DNA of 63,460 bases, filler included, from Stramenopiles sp. TOSAG23-2 (taxonomy: Eukaryota), in assembly GCA_900128395.1 (NCBI GenBank). It is 22 parts of 22 records of this genome, joined end to end, with 100 filler letters (N's around TTAATTAATTAA, not from the genome) between each part and the next. Parts side by side here need not be neighbours in the genome. Positions count along the whole stretch, not along the records: positions 1 to 2,983 come from LT651427.1; positions 3,084 to 6,065 come from LT651428.1; positions 6,166 to 9,146 come from LT651429.1; positions 9,247 to 12,226 come from LT651430.1; 18 more parts are not named here. One strand, given 5' to 3'. The position numbers were made by a program, and so were the translations under genes. The notes beneath the pieces are model-generated. The model ran no database searches. It was not told the DNA's origin and saw nothing but the letters and a program-made list of their open reading frames with translations. Each line of letters opens with the position of its first letter. Position 1 is the first letter of the stretch. This document shows positions 1-9,901 of this stretch, piece after piece.

Positions 1-101
1 CTCTAAATATTGATAACGCGATCGTGTCTCTCACTTTATGAACATTTCATCTAAATAAAATATATTTTTTAAAAAATACATTTTCCAGTTTTGTTTGTAG
101 G

Positions 102-620
102 TTAGGCTCGTTCCATGTCTTCAACAATCTTTCCACCTTGTGTCCAGACGCCATCCTCTCCAAGAGTCCATCCGGCCCCTTTTAGGCTCTCAACGGCGAT
201 CTTTTTGTCATTTGAGGCGCTCCCCCCTGCGCCAGCTACACACAAAGCCCCAACAAGTCCGTCCGTCCCTCGTATAGGCACAGCGCCAAGAAGGTGGAGC
301 TTTTTTGTGCAACACATAGCCCCAATGAGCATATTAAAGTCGCAACAAATGCAACCGCAACAAACGTAACAGAGTCCACAAGATCCGAACTTTTCCGCAG
401 GGTTCCACAGCTTTTTATCTGAACCATCAGCAACGACGGCATTACCTTTGCAAACGGCAGCGGTTTTATTTTGATCATTCCCAATAAAAGCATTCGCAAC
501 AACCTTTGCGTTTCCGTCCAGCACTACAAAAGATGCACTCTTTTCGCCGACACTTTGGGCTGTAACTTTACACTTTTCTAGAAGTGCCGTGAATGTTGTA
601 TCGCCTGTTAAAGGATTCAT
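102..620 (-). CDS. GlcG/HbpS (heme-binding, DUF336)-like protein with a Cys-rich insert
   Basis: N-terminal ASFVVLDGNAKVV and C-terminal GAVPIRGTDGLVGALCVAGAGGSASNDKKIA match the family pattern. Central insert is CGLCYVCCGCICC...CC. Confidence 0.65.
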   Translation of the reverse strand: MNPLTGDTTFTALLEKCKVTAQSVGEKSASFVVLDGNAKVVANAFIGNDQNKTAAVCKGNAVVADGSDKKLWNPAEKFGSCGLCYVCCGCICCDFNMLIGAMCCTKKLHLLGAVPIRGTDGLVGALCVAGAGGSASNDKKIAVESLKGAGWTLGEDGVWTQGGKIVEDMERA

Positions 621-1459
621 ATTGACGTACGATTTTTATAATTATTTTGCACGTTGTGCTGTTCTTGTACCTTTTTCGGGTGTAGGTTGCAACTGGAAAT
701 CTATGTGCCTAACAATGTATCACTTCAAGAAGACAAAGTAATAGTAATAAGTACTGCAACTACTATATATATATACATCAACAAAAGCACAAAATGCAAA
801 AAATTCAAGCAAGATTATTATATTTATTTATTATCGCCAGGATAGCACATTATAGCACTATACTGGAATACCAGAATAGTAAAATAAAATGTGCTGCAGA
901 TTATTATCCACACGTGTTAGTGATGTATACTGTATGCTGTGGTATGCTGCTGCTGCTGAAATTATAAAAATCGTCGCAACTGCAATCTGGCAATCCAGGC
1001 AATCCTGGCAATCCAGCAATCGAAAAATTGGCTAAAAATGGCTCTCCGGACCACAAAAAAAAGCGCACAAGCCAGTGTCGTTGTAAAGACAATTACAACA
1101 ACATTGAGAAAATTAATCCTCGAAATTAAAATGTGTCAAAAATAGCGGTGGAATAAAAATCCTTAAAAAACTAAATAAAAAATAAAAAAACTGAGAGGTT
1201 TAAGGTGTGCTGGTTGTAGCTAAAATTAAATCTGAACTCTCTTCTGCAACTTCTCCACCAGGAGAACCTTTTTATATTATTATAAAAAATAGAAAGATCA
1301 ATAGACGACAACACATATACTGTATAGATCTTCTTTAAACCTTGGAAAAAAAGAACATATTTGTTTAAGTATTTATAGTGGTACCACTTAGCCCTTTAAG
1401 AACTTAAAACCATTGATATTCTTATTTTTTTTGTAACCATACCAGTTTCAAAAACAACC

Positions 1460-2160
1460 ATGAAATATTTATTATTACTAGCAACAACATTATTCATTTC
1501 CATGTCATTGTCAAACGCAGCGACAGATGGAGAAGTAACCGTGAAATACTTTTTCGGAAGTAGATGACCAGGATGGTAAGTAAAGTCTATTGCTTCCAAG
1601 CTTATAAATGATATCCTCTCTAACAAATCACCCATAATTTCATACGCTATACGCTCTAAAGTCGTCAATTTGGACGAGGTGATTTCAAAAAATTATTTGA
1701 AAAATTCAAAGAAGATAGCAGTGTAAGTTTTGAATTGCATCCAGCAGTTAGAGATCCTAGCGATAGCTGTATCGAAGAACAAGGATGTGATTGGGAGAGA
1801 GTGACCTTGTGTGCATTTAATCAAACAAATACAAGTGGAAAAGTTAATTTTCTAGCATGTATGGACGATGCAGCTACTACTGAAACTCAAGTTGCTCTAA
1901 ATGCTGCAAAACGTTGTGCGCCTCCAGTTGATGTTGATATCAAAACTATGACAACTTGTTATAATGGTGATCAAGGTGAAGATTTACTTGAAACTGCATC
2001 GAAAGTATGGAATAAACAATTTCCAAAACCATCTTTTGTACCACATACATTTGTCAATGAAAAAGATGTACAAGCAGATTATTCCGATTTAAAAACTGCT
2101 ATTTGTAATGATCTTTCTTCTTCACCTGAATGTAATGCAATTAAATATAATTATATTTAA
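1460..2160 (+). CDS. Selenocysteine-containing GILT-like thiol reductase, join(1460..1575,1662..2160), 204 aa
   Basis: ATG at 1460 starts a signal peptide (MKYLLLLATTLFISMSLSNA), then VTVKYFFGSR-TGA(1565-1567)-PG. Splicing gives TG|T = Cys, so the motif is UPGC, in frame with ORF 1735..2160, which has the GILT Cys pattern and VPHTFVN. Confidence 0.85.
1576..1661 (+). other. Spliceosomal intron (86 nt) in the GILT-like gene
   Basis: GTAAGT donor, CTCTAAC branch point near 1618-1624, AAAG acceptor. Removal restores the frame. Confidence 0.85.
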
Positions 2161-2271
2161 TAAAACAAAAGGAAGAATTAAATGTGTTATCATTTTTTAC
2201 AATTAATATTTTATGTTTCAAGTTTTTGGTAATACACACATTGATTATAAAAACATCCCATATATATAAGC

Positions 2272-2329
2272 ATGATAGACATAATGTTAAATAACAAAAT
2301 TTTTAAAAATTTGTTCATTATGACTTGAC
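2272..2329 (+). promoter_or_regulatory. SECIS element, type II
   Basis: ATGAT (2272-2276); helix II AGACATAATG (2277-2286) pairs with CATTATGACT (2316-2325, 1 mismatch); unpaired AAA (2289-2291); apical mini-stem AACAAA/TTTGTT; TGAC (2326-2329). About 110 nt after the stop of the TGA-containing gene. Confidence 0.8.
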
Positions 2330-2626
2330 TAAAAGATAAGAGAGATACTAATATAACAAAATGTATCTTTTTTTAAAGTAAAAAATATATTTACCGAACG
2401 TATGTATATGTGAGAGAGTGTTTTTGAGACGCGAGTGTAAAAATAAAAATGATGATATGTGTATAATATATTTTATTTTTTTTGATATGTGTATTTTATT
2501 TTTTTTGTATTTTTTCAAAATATTAAAAACGTTTTATTAGTTTTAAAATGAATAATATAAAAATTTAAAACACACACACACGTACATGATCACATTAGAG
2601 ACACCGACTTCCTCCCTCTCTCCCTA

Positions 2627-2983
2627 TTAATTATTATACCGTTTAATATTACGCAATCGAGTTTGCAAATTATTAATTTGCGTATCCTTTGCTTTATTAT
2701 CTTTTAATAAATGTTTGTTACGTTCTTTCTCATTTTCTAATTGTTTGATTAATACATTCATTTTTCGTGTTAAATTTGGATTTGATAATTTAGCATAATT
2801 ACTAGAACGATTCGAACCTTTTGCATCAACAAATGATGTAGAAGATGCTTTTTGAAATTTAAATGGATCGATAGTATTACCCCCATCACTACTATTATTC
2901 TTCCAATTCTTTTCACGGCGTTTTATTTCTGAAAGACTTGTTTTCATTCGCTTACCACTTTCTAATTCTTTGTTTTGTGAATG
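2627..2983 (-). CDS. 3' end of a coiled-coil hypothetical protein (5'-truncated)
   Basis: Frame open to the contig edge; C-terminus rich in K/E/Q heptads. Confidence 0.5.
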   Translation of the reverse strand, partial: HSQNKELESGKRMKTSLSEIKRREKNWKNNSSDGGNTIDPFKFQKASSTSFVDAKGSNRSSNYAKLSNPNLTRKMNVLIKQLENEKERNKHLLKDNKAKDTQINNLQTRLRNIKRYNN

Positions 2984-3083
2984 NNNNNNNNNNNNNNNNN
3001 NNNNNNNNNNNNNNNNNNNNNNNNNNNTTAATTAATTAANNNNNNNNNNNNNNNNNNNNNNNNNNNNNNNNNNNNNNNNNNNN
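2984..3083. other. Artificial contig linker N44-TTAATTAATTAA-N44 (first of 21)
   Basis: Identical 100-nt blocks with stops in all six frames start at 2984, 6066, 9147, 12227, 15306, 18384, 21462, 24538, 27610, 30680, 33749, 36814, 39877, 42939, 46000, 49055, 52108, 55161, 58211, 61260 and 62361. Contig lengths decrease along the window. Confidence 0.97.
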
Positions 3084-3116
3084 CTATAATTTGGTATAGA
3101 AATACTATTATATATC

Positions 3117-5249
3117 ATGGGAAATTTACAAGTAGTAGCACCGTCGTCTTTTAAAAATACAACTTGTAATAATGCAACAATACCACCAGAGTTTTCCCCA
3201 ATATTAGAATTGCATGATATGTATGATTTATTTGCATGCGTATTGACAGTATGTGGTTTAGTTGGATTAATTAATTATCATCGGTTGAAATTTCCATTGC
3301 CAATATCTTTATCTCTTACTGCGTTATTAATGAGTTTAATATTAATAGCAATAGATGGAGTTAATAGTAAAATGCCTATACGTACTTTTGTTACAACGTT
3401 ATTAGCCCATGGGGAGTTTGGAGATATAGTATTAAGTTTTGGCGTAGGATTTCTGCTTTTTGCTGCTGCTATGGAATCGAATATAAAAGCAATGGGACAG
3501 CGTTGGGGTATTATCATTTTCCTTTCTGTTATTGGTGTTTTAATTTCCATTACGTTAATTGGGACGGTTTTGTATGGTACTTTTGTCTCTTTTGGATTTT
3601 ATGAACCGTTAACACATAATTTTTTATTATGTTTATTATTTGGTGCAATCGTTAGCTCAACGGAAATACATAAATTTGTATTGGAAGCATTGAAAGAGGC
3701 AAATGCACCAGACGTCGTATCTGGTGTTATATTAGGTGAAAGCTTATTAAATGATGGTGTCGCAGTAGTTGCATTTATTATATTTAAAAAATTAATAGAT
3801 GAACCAGTATCTCATGATGAACATCATGAGGAAATGAATGGAAATGAAGTATGGTCTGATATTGCAAAAGATTTATTTGGTGGAATATTTATTGGAATTA
3901 TTTTTGCATGTATATTTGGTGCAATCATGAAAAAAGTACGACGACCAAATTTGAATACGTTACTATCAGTTATTTTAGTATTAGATATTACAATGGTAGC
4001 AAATCGTTTGGAATCATCCTCACCAATGGCATGTGTTAGTGCCGGCTTGATGATACGAAGTTTTTTCTATGAAAATTTTGAAAGGCGATCGCAACAAGAG
4101 TTAGATATAATATGGGAATTTGCATCAGAAAGTTTATCTGGCGTTTTCTTCTTATTGATAGGTTTTACCATTGTTAGTTTACCATTTAGCGTGCAGACAT
4201 TTTTCGCTTCATTAGTCGCTGTGCCTGTTGTACTTATAACACGTTACATTGCCATTTCTTTCCTATTAAATCTTTGGAATATGCTTGGTTATGAAATTGA
4301 TAAACAATTAGGATCTGTATTGACGTGGGGTAGTATACGTGGTGGTGCATCTGTCGCATTAGCCATGTCATTGAACAATTATGAAGGTAGAGAAACAGTG
4401 TTTTCCATGACATATGCCGTTGTATTGTTCTCATTAATCGGGCAAGGTATGACCATACCAAAAGTCTTTAAATGGTTATATTTACCGAAACATGTGAAAG
4501 AAAAAGATAGTAATAAAATAATGGGGGAACGAGATGAAATATTGAGTAAATTACTAGATGCAGTTAGCACATCACCAGAATTAAAAGAACATTTAGGTAA
4601 ACAAGGTATTGATACGGACCGATTGTCCCAAATTAGTGGCCATACAGGAAGTGATTCCGATTCACAATCTAGGGATGGTATGGGTGGATCTCCACGTTTA
4701 GGTACATCACCAGAAGATATGAGGACTTTAATGCAAAATGCTCAAAAAGCTAGTAGTGGGTCATATAGTAACAGAGATGGTATTCGCAGCAATTATAGTC
4801 GTAGTACTAATAACTTTAGAAATTCACAACAACAACAACAGCAACAGCAGATGAACAAGACACATGATTACGTACCTGGTGTCGGACGCGTCACTCGCAG
4901 ATACAGTAAAAGCTCACAACAATATAATACAAATACATCAAGCAATAGTGGTGCTAGTAGCGGTAGTGGTAATAGTAAGAAAGCAAATGAATATTCAAAA
5001 GTGAAAAATGATTACAACAACAAAAGCACCTATGGTACAGGATCATCAATGAATGTCCCAATGAATAGTCCACAAAATATGAACACATCAACGATGGATA
5101 TGAATAGTCCACAACGACAACAACAGCAAGGCAAACGATCATCATCAAACGATTTATTAAATGCTTCCTTGACTGGAGACATACCTCCTCACAGCAATCA
5201 AGATGATAGTCCTTTGAATTTTGTCGATACTACTTCATATCAACAATAA
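3117..5249 (+). CDS. CPA1 (NhaP-like) Na+/H+ antiporter with a long low-complexity C-terminal tail
   Basis: About 12 hydrophobic segments; motifs FLLFAAA, GESLLNDGVAVV, TWGSIRGGASVALA and FSLIGQGMT. Confidence 0.9.
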   Translation: MGNLQVVAPSSFKNTTCNNATIPPEFSPILELHDMYDLFACVLTVCGLVGLINYHRLKFPLPISLSLTALLMSLILIAIDGVNSKMPIRTFVTTLLAHGEFGDIVLSFGVGFLLFAAAMESNIKAMGQRWGIIIFLSVIGVLISITLIGTVLYGTFVSFGFYEPLTHNFLLCLLFGAIVSSTEIHKFVLEALKEANAPDVVSGVILGESLLNDGVAVVAFIIFKKLIDEPVSHDEHHEEMNGNEVWSDIAKDLFGGIFIGIIFACIFGAIMKKVRRPNLNTLLSVILVLDITMVANRLESSSPMACVSAGLMIRSFFYENFERRSQQELDIIWEFASESLSGVFFLLIGFTIVSLPFSVQTFFASLVAVPVVLITRYIAISFLLNLWNMLGYEIDKQLGSVLTWGSIRGGASVALAMSLNNYEGRETVFSMTYAVVLFSLIGQGMTIPKVFKWLYLPKHVKEKDSNKIMGERDEILSKLLDAVSTSPELKEHLGKQGIDTDRLSQISGHTGSDSDSQSRDGMGGSPRLGTSPEDMRTLMQNAQKASSGSYSNRDGIRSNYSRSTNNFRNSQQQQQQQQMNKTHDYVPGVGRVTRRYSKSSQQYNTNTSSNSGASSGSGNSKKANEYSKVKNDYNNKSTYGTGSSMNVPMNSPQNMNTSTMDMNSPQRQQQQGKRSSSNDLLNASLTGDIPPHSNQDDSPLNFVDTTSYQQ

Positions 5250-6165
5250 TATTTTTTTTAGAGATGATGATGTTCATATTTATAAATATATATATTCGTA
5301 GAGTATATTTTTTTTTGACATGCTTAACATGTGCATGTGTGTGTGTAATAATACTTTTTTTGGTTGTGTTGTATGCATGTGTAATGGTATTGATCTATAT
5401 GTACATACAGCTGTAATATTTATGAGATTGTGTCTCTGTTTTTGTATTAAATATTGTTTTTTTATAAATTCATTTATAATGTAATATTTTTAAAAATATA
5501 TTTTATTTATTTTAATATTACGTATTAGATACGACATTCCAAATATTTAAATAGCAGGTAATTACAATGGGAATAAACCAATTAATTATACGACTGCTTA
5601 TATATATATTATAGATACAGACTAAAAAATACAATAAGACGAAACGAAGAACAACAACAAAAGAAATATTTAAAGTATTTCTTATAACTACTGAGACCAA
5701 AGCTTTAATTAGCATTATAAACATTGGCAGAGTTTATAAAAAATAAAGTTATAAATACTTATAATAATTATATAAGTATTACTAGACTATTATCAGTATT
5801 CAGAGTGATTAAACAAAGAGTGAGCTCGATAATCATAGCTGAGTACTATTTTTACTGAAATTGGAAATACCATATATACACAAAGTAAGTCATATCTTAT
5901 AATATTATAAACACACATAGAAATAAAAGGTGAAGAGCGTTAGGAAAAGTTAGAAAAAGTAATGCAAAATTAGACGAAATCAGGATATTAATATACGTAT
6001 GTAATATATCAACATGGAAACAATTGATTTCACACTTCCAAAAAGATTATTTTCTAATATTACTTNNNNNNNNNNNNNNNNNNNNNNNNNNNNNNNNNNN
6101 NNNNNNNNNTTAATTAATTAANNNNNNNNNNNNNNNNNNNNNNNNNNNNNNNNNNNNNNNNNNNN

Positions 6166-7710
6166 ATCCATGACGCATAAATTTGAAATCTTTTCCAACC
6201 ATGTGAAAATCATTTTCACACCACCTGTTGGGGATACTGATTTGTATGGGACATTATGTTTTAAACAAAATTCCATGACATTTCTAGATGCCGTTCGTAA
6301 ATTATGTCTTGGCATGGTTGGGAATAAATGATGTTCAATTTGAAAATTCAATCCACCAAAGAACCAATCTGCTAATCGTGGCCAATTTGTTTTTGTTACA
6401 TTCAATGTACCTACACATTGCAATGCTGCCCAATCGCCATCTTTCAGTGTCTCCGCTCCATGTTTTTCAATTGGATAATGGTTCATGAATACTACCAATG
6501 CTAAGGAAATCCCTGCAAAACATTGTGAAATTAATAAAAATATACCGAAATACATTAACCCACCATAAATGCTACCATCATATGTTTCTTGACCTAATTG
6601 AAAGACACGTAACATGACAAAGGATAACCATGTATAATGTGTTGCCATTGTAATAATTTCACTTTTTTGTCGTTTGCGAAAGGATTTATTCGTGGATAAA
6701 TGCAAATCTTTCACTAAAAGTGCACTTTGTATCAACCATATCACACGTAAAAAGCACATTAATGGGAAAAAATAATATTTTTGGTATTGCAAAATATTAT
6801 ATACTAATTGTTTATTTTTTTCCCCAAACCGTTCAACTACTTGATCAATATCATATTGCGACCATGCAAGTAATGGTAAATTATCGATATCTGGATCATG
6901 TTCAATCACATTTGTCGCTGCATGATGTTCATTATGCCTAATTTTCCACCATACGATTGAAAATCCAGAACATACGTTACCTAGAAATTGCCCAATCGTT
7001 GTATTCAATTCCCGATCTTCCACAACTTGATGATGCAAATATTCATGTGCAACCCAACCTAATTGTTGCCATCCTAAACCTAATATAAATGCAGATAGAA
7101 TTAATGGTATCAATGGATACGAGAAAAAACTCGTTGGTGATAAATTAAATACCATCCATGATGCAAATACTACTAAACCGACGCAAGTGACGGTTTTATA
7201 GATGTACCACGGTACACTTGTTTCAAATAGACCATCGTCAACGAATTTTTGTCGTAATTCACGAAAAGCTTGAATTCGTTTAGTAGTTGAATCATCCACT
7301 TTTGATTCTTTTCGCATAGTTGATCGTGGTGACACTTTTTCATGTGGCAATGCTTTTAATATTTTAAATGCTTTTTTACCATGCATGGCTTTGAATACAT
7401 CCGTCGCGTCTAATCCATTGTATTGTAAGATAATATCACCACCTGGATGTCTATTTAACCATTGGGAACAGTCATATTTCACATCATCTACTATTAAATA
7501 AACAGGAGCATCACGTCCTTTTAATGCATAGTTGCCAGAGTATGGTGCATATTTAATATCATTCCTATCTGCTTTTGCATTTGGCAAGGTAGAACGTATA
7601 AATTCTTTAATGATACTTTTATCTGAGCTTTGTTGTTGTTTGGTTTCTACTTGGTTAACACCTTGTTGTATATTATTAGTAGAATCGATTACTAAAGCAG
7701 GTGGTGCCAT
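6166..7710 (-). CDS. Front-end fatty acid desaturase (delta-5/6/8 type) with cytochrome b5 domain, 3'-truncated
   Basis: HPGG heme motif; His boxes HEYLHH, HNEHH and QIEHHLFP; DPDIDNLP. Confidence 0.95.
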
Positions 7711-8370
7711 TATGATTGTATTCTTTGTTCGTTTTATAAATTTATATAGTTTGGTAAGTATTACAATTATAAGACGACGATCACATATATGTATACATGT
7801 ATTGATGATGTTTACATATGGGAAAGGGAAGAGGTATACGCATGCCTCTAAAATATATATATATATATTTATAATTAAGGATAATTGTGTAATAACTTAA
7901 CAATCTTCACTGTAGTTTAGGTAAATTATCATATATTTTTATTTAACTACCTTAATTATCTACTTGATCTATTATAACATTTGCAGTTAAAGGGGCTGAA
8001 ACACTTGAAGTCGTCCAAAACCACTGAAAATGCTTTTTTAATGATATTCCAATGCTATTTGTTGGTCGTTCGAACCCCTTGAGGAATTGAATTATTTAAT
8101 ATATAATAATAGGCACGCAGCCCACAAAGGATGACGATTTTAACACAATTTGCTGACGTCAGATTCTACTTCAGATGATTTTTATTCGAATGAGAGTATA
8201 CCACTTTTATATACTTAAATTTATATAGTATGACCAGTTATTAATATATGAATAGCATTGTAATAACTATTTTTGGTGATAAAATATAGTATGGAATAGC
8301 ATTTAAAATATGTTTAAGGGAACATATTGGATACTTTACGAAATTTTGAAATATAATTATTAATTGATTG

Positions 8371-8394
8371 GGCCTCTTACGATCGTAAGAGGCC
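8371..8394. repeat. Perfect 24-bp palindrome GGCCTCTTACGATCGTAAGAGGCC
   Basis: Self-reverse-complementary with no spacer, in AT-rich intergenic DNA. Confidence 0.9.
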
Positions 8395-8713
8395 TCGTAA
8401 TTATTTTAAAAAACTTTTTCAAACGCGTATTATTGCCTTCACATATATTCAAATCCATATGTCGTGTCGAAACGTTCGAAACTCGCAACAATACGTATCA
8501 CGATTCATAAATACGATGTGATAAACCATAATCCAAGTCGATATGGTCCAATTTCAAATATCAAAAAAATTATGAACAAATTACTAACTTGGCTTTTTTT
8601 ATTTTTTACAAATTCATTTGGTGTTTTTTTTCACTAAAATTAGATTCTAAAAGTAAGTTTCATATATATAGGCTGGTAGGGTTAGGGTAAGATAAAATTT
8701 TTTCTACTCCATT

Positions 8714-8773
8714 CTTTCGTGTTCCCAATGCGGGTTTCCAAATACAGCCACACAGCATCGGGAACATGGAAAG
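8714..8773. repeat. Imperfect hairpin containing a solo copy of the 32.6-kb array core
   Basis: CTTTCGTGTTCCCAATGC pairs with GCATCGGGAACATGGAAAG. AATACAGCCACACAGCA (8741-8757) differs by 1 nt from the array core AATACAGGCACACAGCA. Confidence 0.65.
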
Positions 8774-9711
8774 TCCAACCTATCATATCCTAAAGTTTTC
8801 GCAGAAAGGTGTGTGAAACTATTATAGGTATTTGCACTTGGTAGTATACTTATTAAGTTACACAATTTTAAACAATTTTTCGTTCATTAAATTAAAAATA
8901 TATAAGTTAAATAGATATACAGTGAAGATGATTATAATAATAATAACACCATCAACAATAACACCGAAGAATAATCATGAAGATAATAAATATTATTAGA
9001 ATAAGTACAATTAAATTAATAATATTAATCATATTCTCAATTCAAAAATATAATAATATAAATGCTAATTAAACCAATTTTTATTTTAAAAATAAAATAA
9101 TGGCTGGATTATCAGTAGTTGGATTGGATCCATTAACACCAACATTNNNNNNNNNNNNNNNNNNNNNNNNNNNNNNNNNNNNNNNNNNNNTTAATTAATT
9201 AANNNNNNNNNNNNNNNNNNNNNNNNNNNNNNNNNNNNNNNNNNNNTTGGCATTGCTGGAAAGCCAAATTTTTACTTTTTTCCCACTTCAGTGATGATGT
9301 GTGGTTATCACACCGAAAGACCACATTTAATTTTTTTATGTTCTTTTTATTTTTTAAATATATAGGGTAAAGTATTTTTTACACGGCAATTTTTCTATTA
9401 ATTAATAAAATGATGCACTCGTATGCATATACGTATTATAAAATAAAATAAAAATAAAAAAAAGAACGAAGTGCACAAGTCTTTTTTTATTTTCTTTTTT
9501 CTTCAAAGAAAGTGTTATTACGATAATTTTAAAAATAAAACTCTTATATGCAGAGCATCACCCCCTTTTTCTTCTACGATTCGTATAAACTACGAATATG
9601 CGTTGGTCGTCAACCCTGTAAATATATCAGAAAAATTCTCTCTCTCTCTTTAATTAGAATATCAACACCCTAAGTGTGAGATCAGATATTATTTTGCTTC
9701 TCACTTATTGT

Positions 9712-9770
9712 ATATTCTTTTGAAGAGTAGGAATTATCATTGAGTAAATTAAAACAATAAATTATGCGTA
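9712..9770 (+). repeat. Dispersed repeat family A, copy 1
   Basis: ATATTCTTTTGAAGAGTAGGAATTATCATTGAGTAAATTAAAACAATAAATTATGCGTA; related copies at about 39980, 51998 and 60951. Confidence 0.8.
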
Positions 9771-9901
9771 TGATAAATTTCGTAATATATATTTACTAAA
9801 AAATTATATTTATAAATATTTAATATTTATATTTTAATATATATTTAAAGATGGTTAAAATCATATCTAGTCATATACATATAAAATATATGCACATAAA
9901 T

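Noticed and set aside
981..1021. GCAATC micro-repeats (also 34853-34876)
   Set aside because: Short simple repeats with no further support for function.
7990..8080. tRNA or Pol III element (GTTCGAACCCC)
   Set aside because: Only a B-box-like word; no cloverleaf or A-box could be built.
8677..8688. Telomeric repeat (TAGGGTTAGGGT)
   Set aside because: Fewer than two full units, and internal to the contig.
8768..8776. RNase P/MRP RNA (GGAAAGTCC after a hairpin)
   Set aside because: No complementary CR-V segment was found downstream on this contig.
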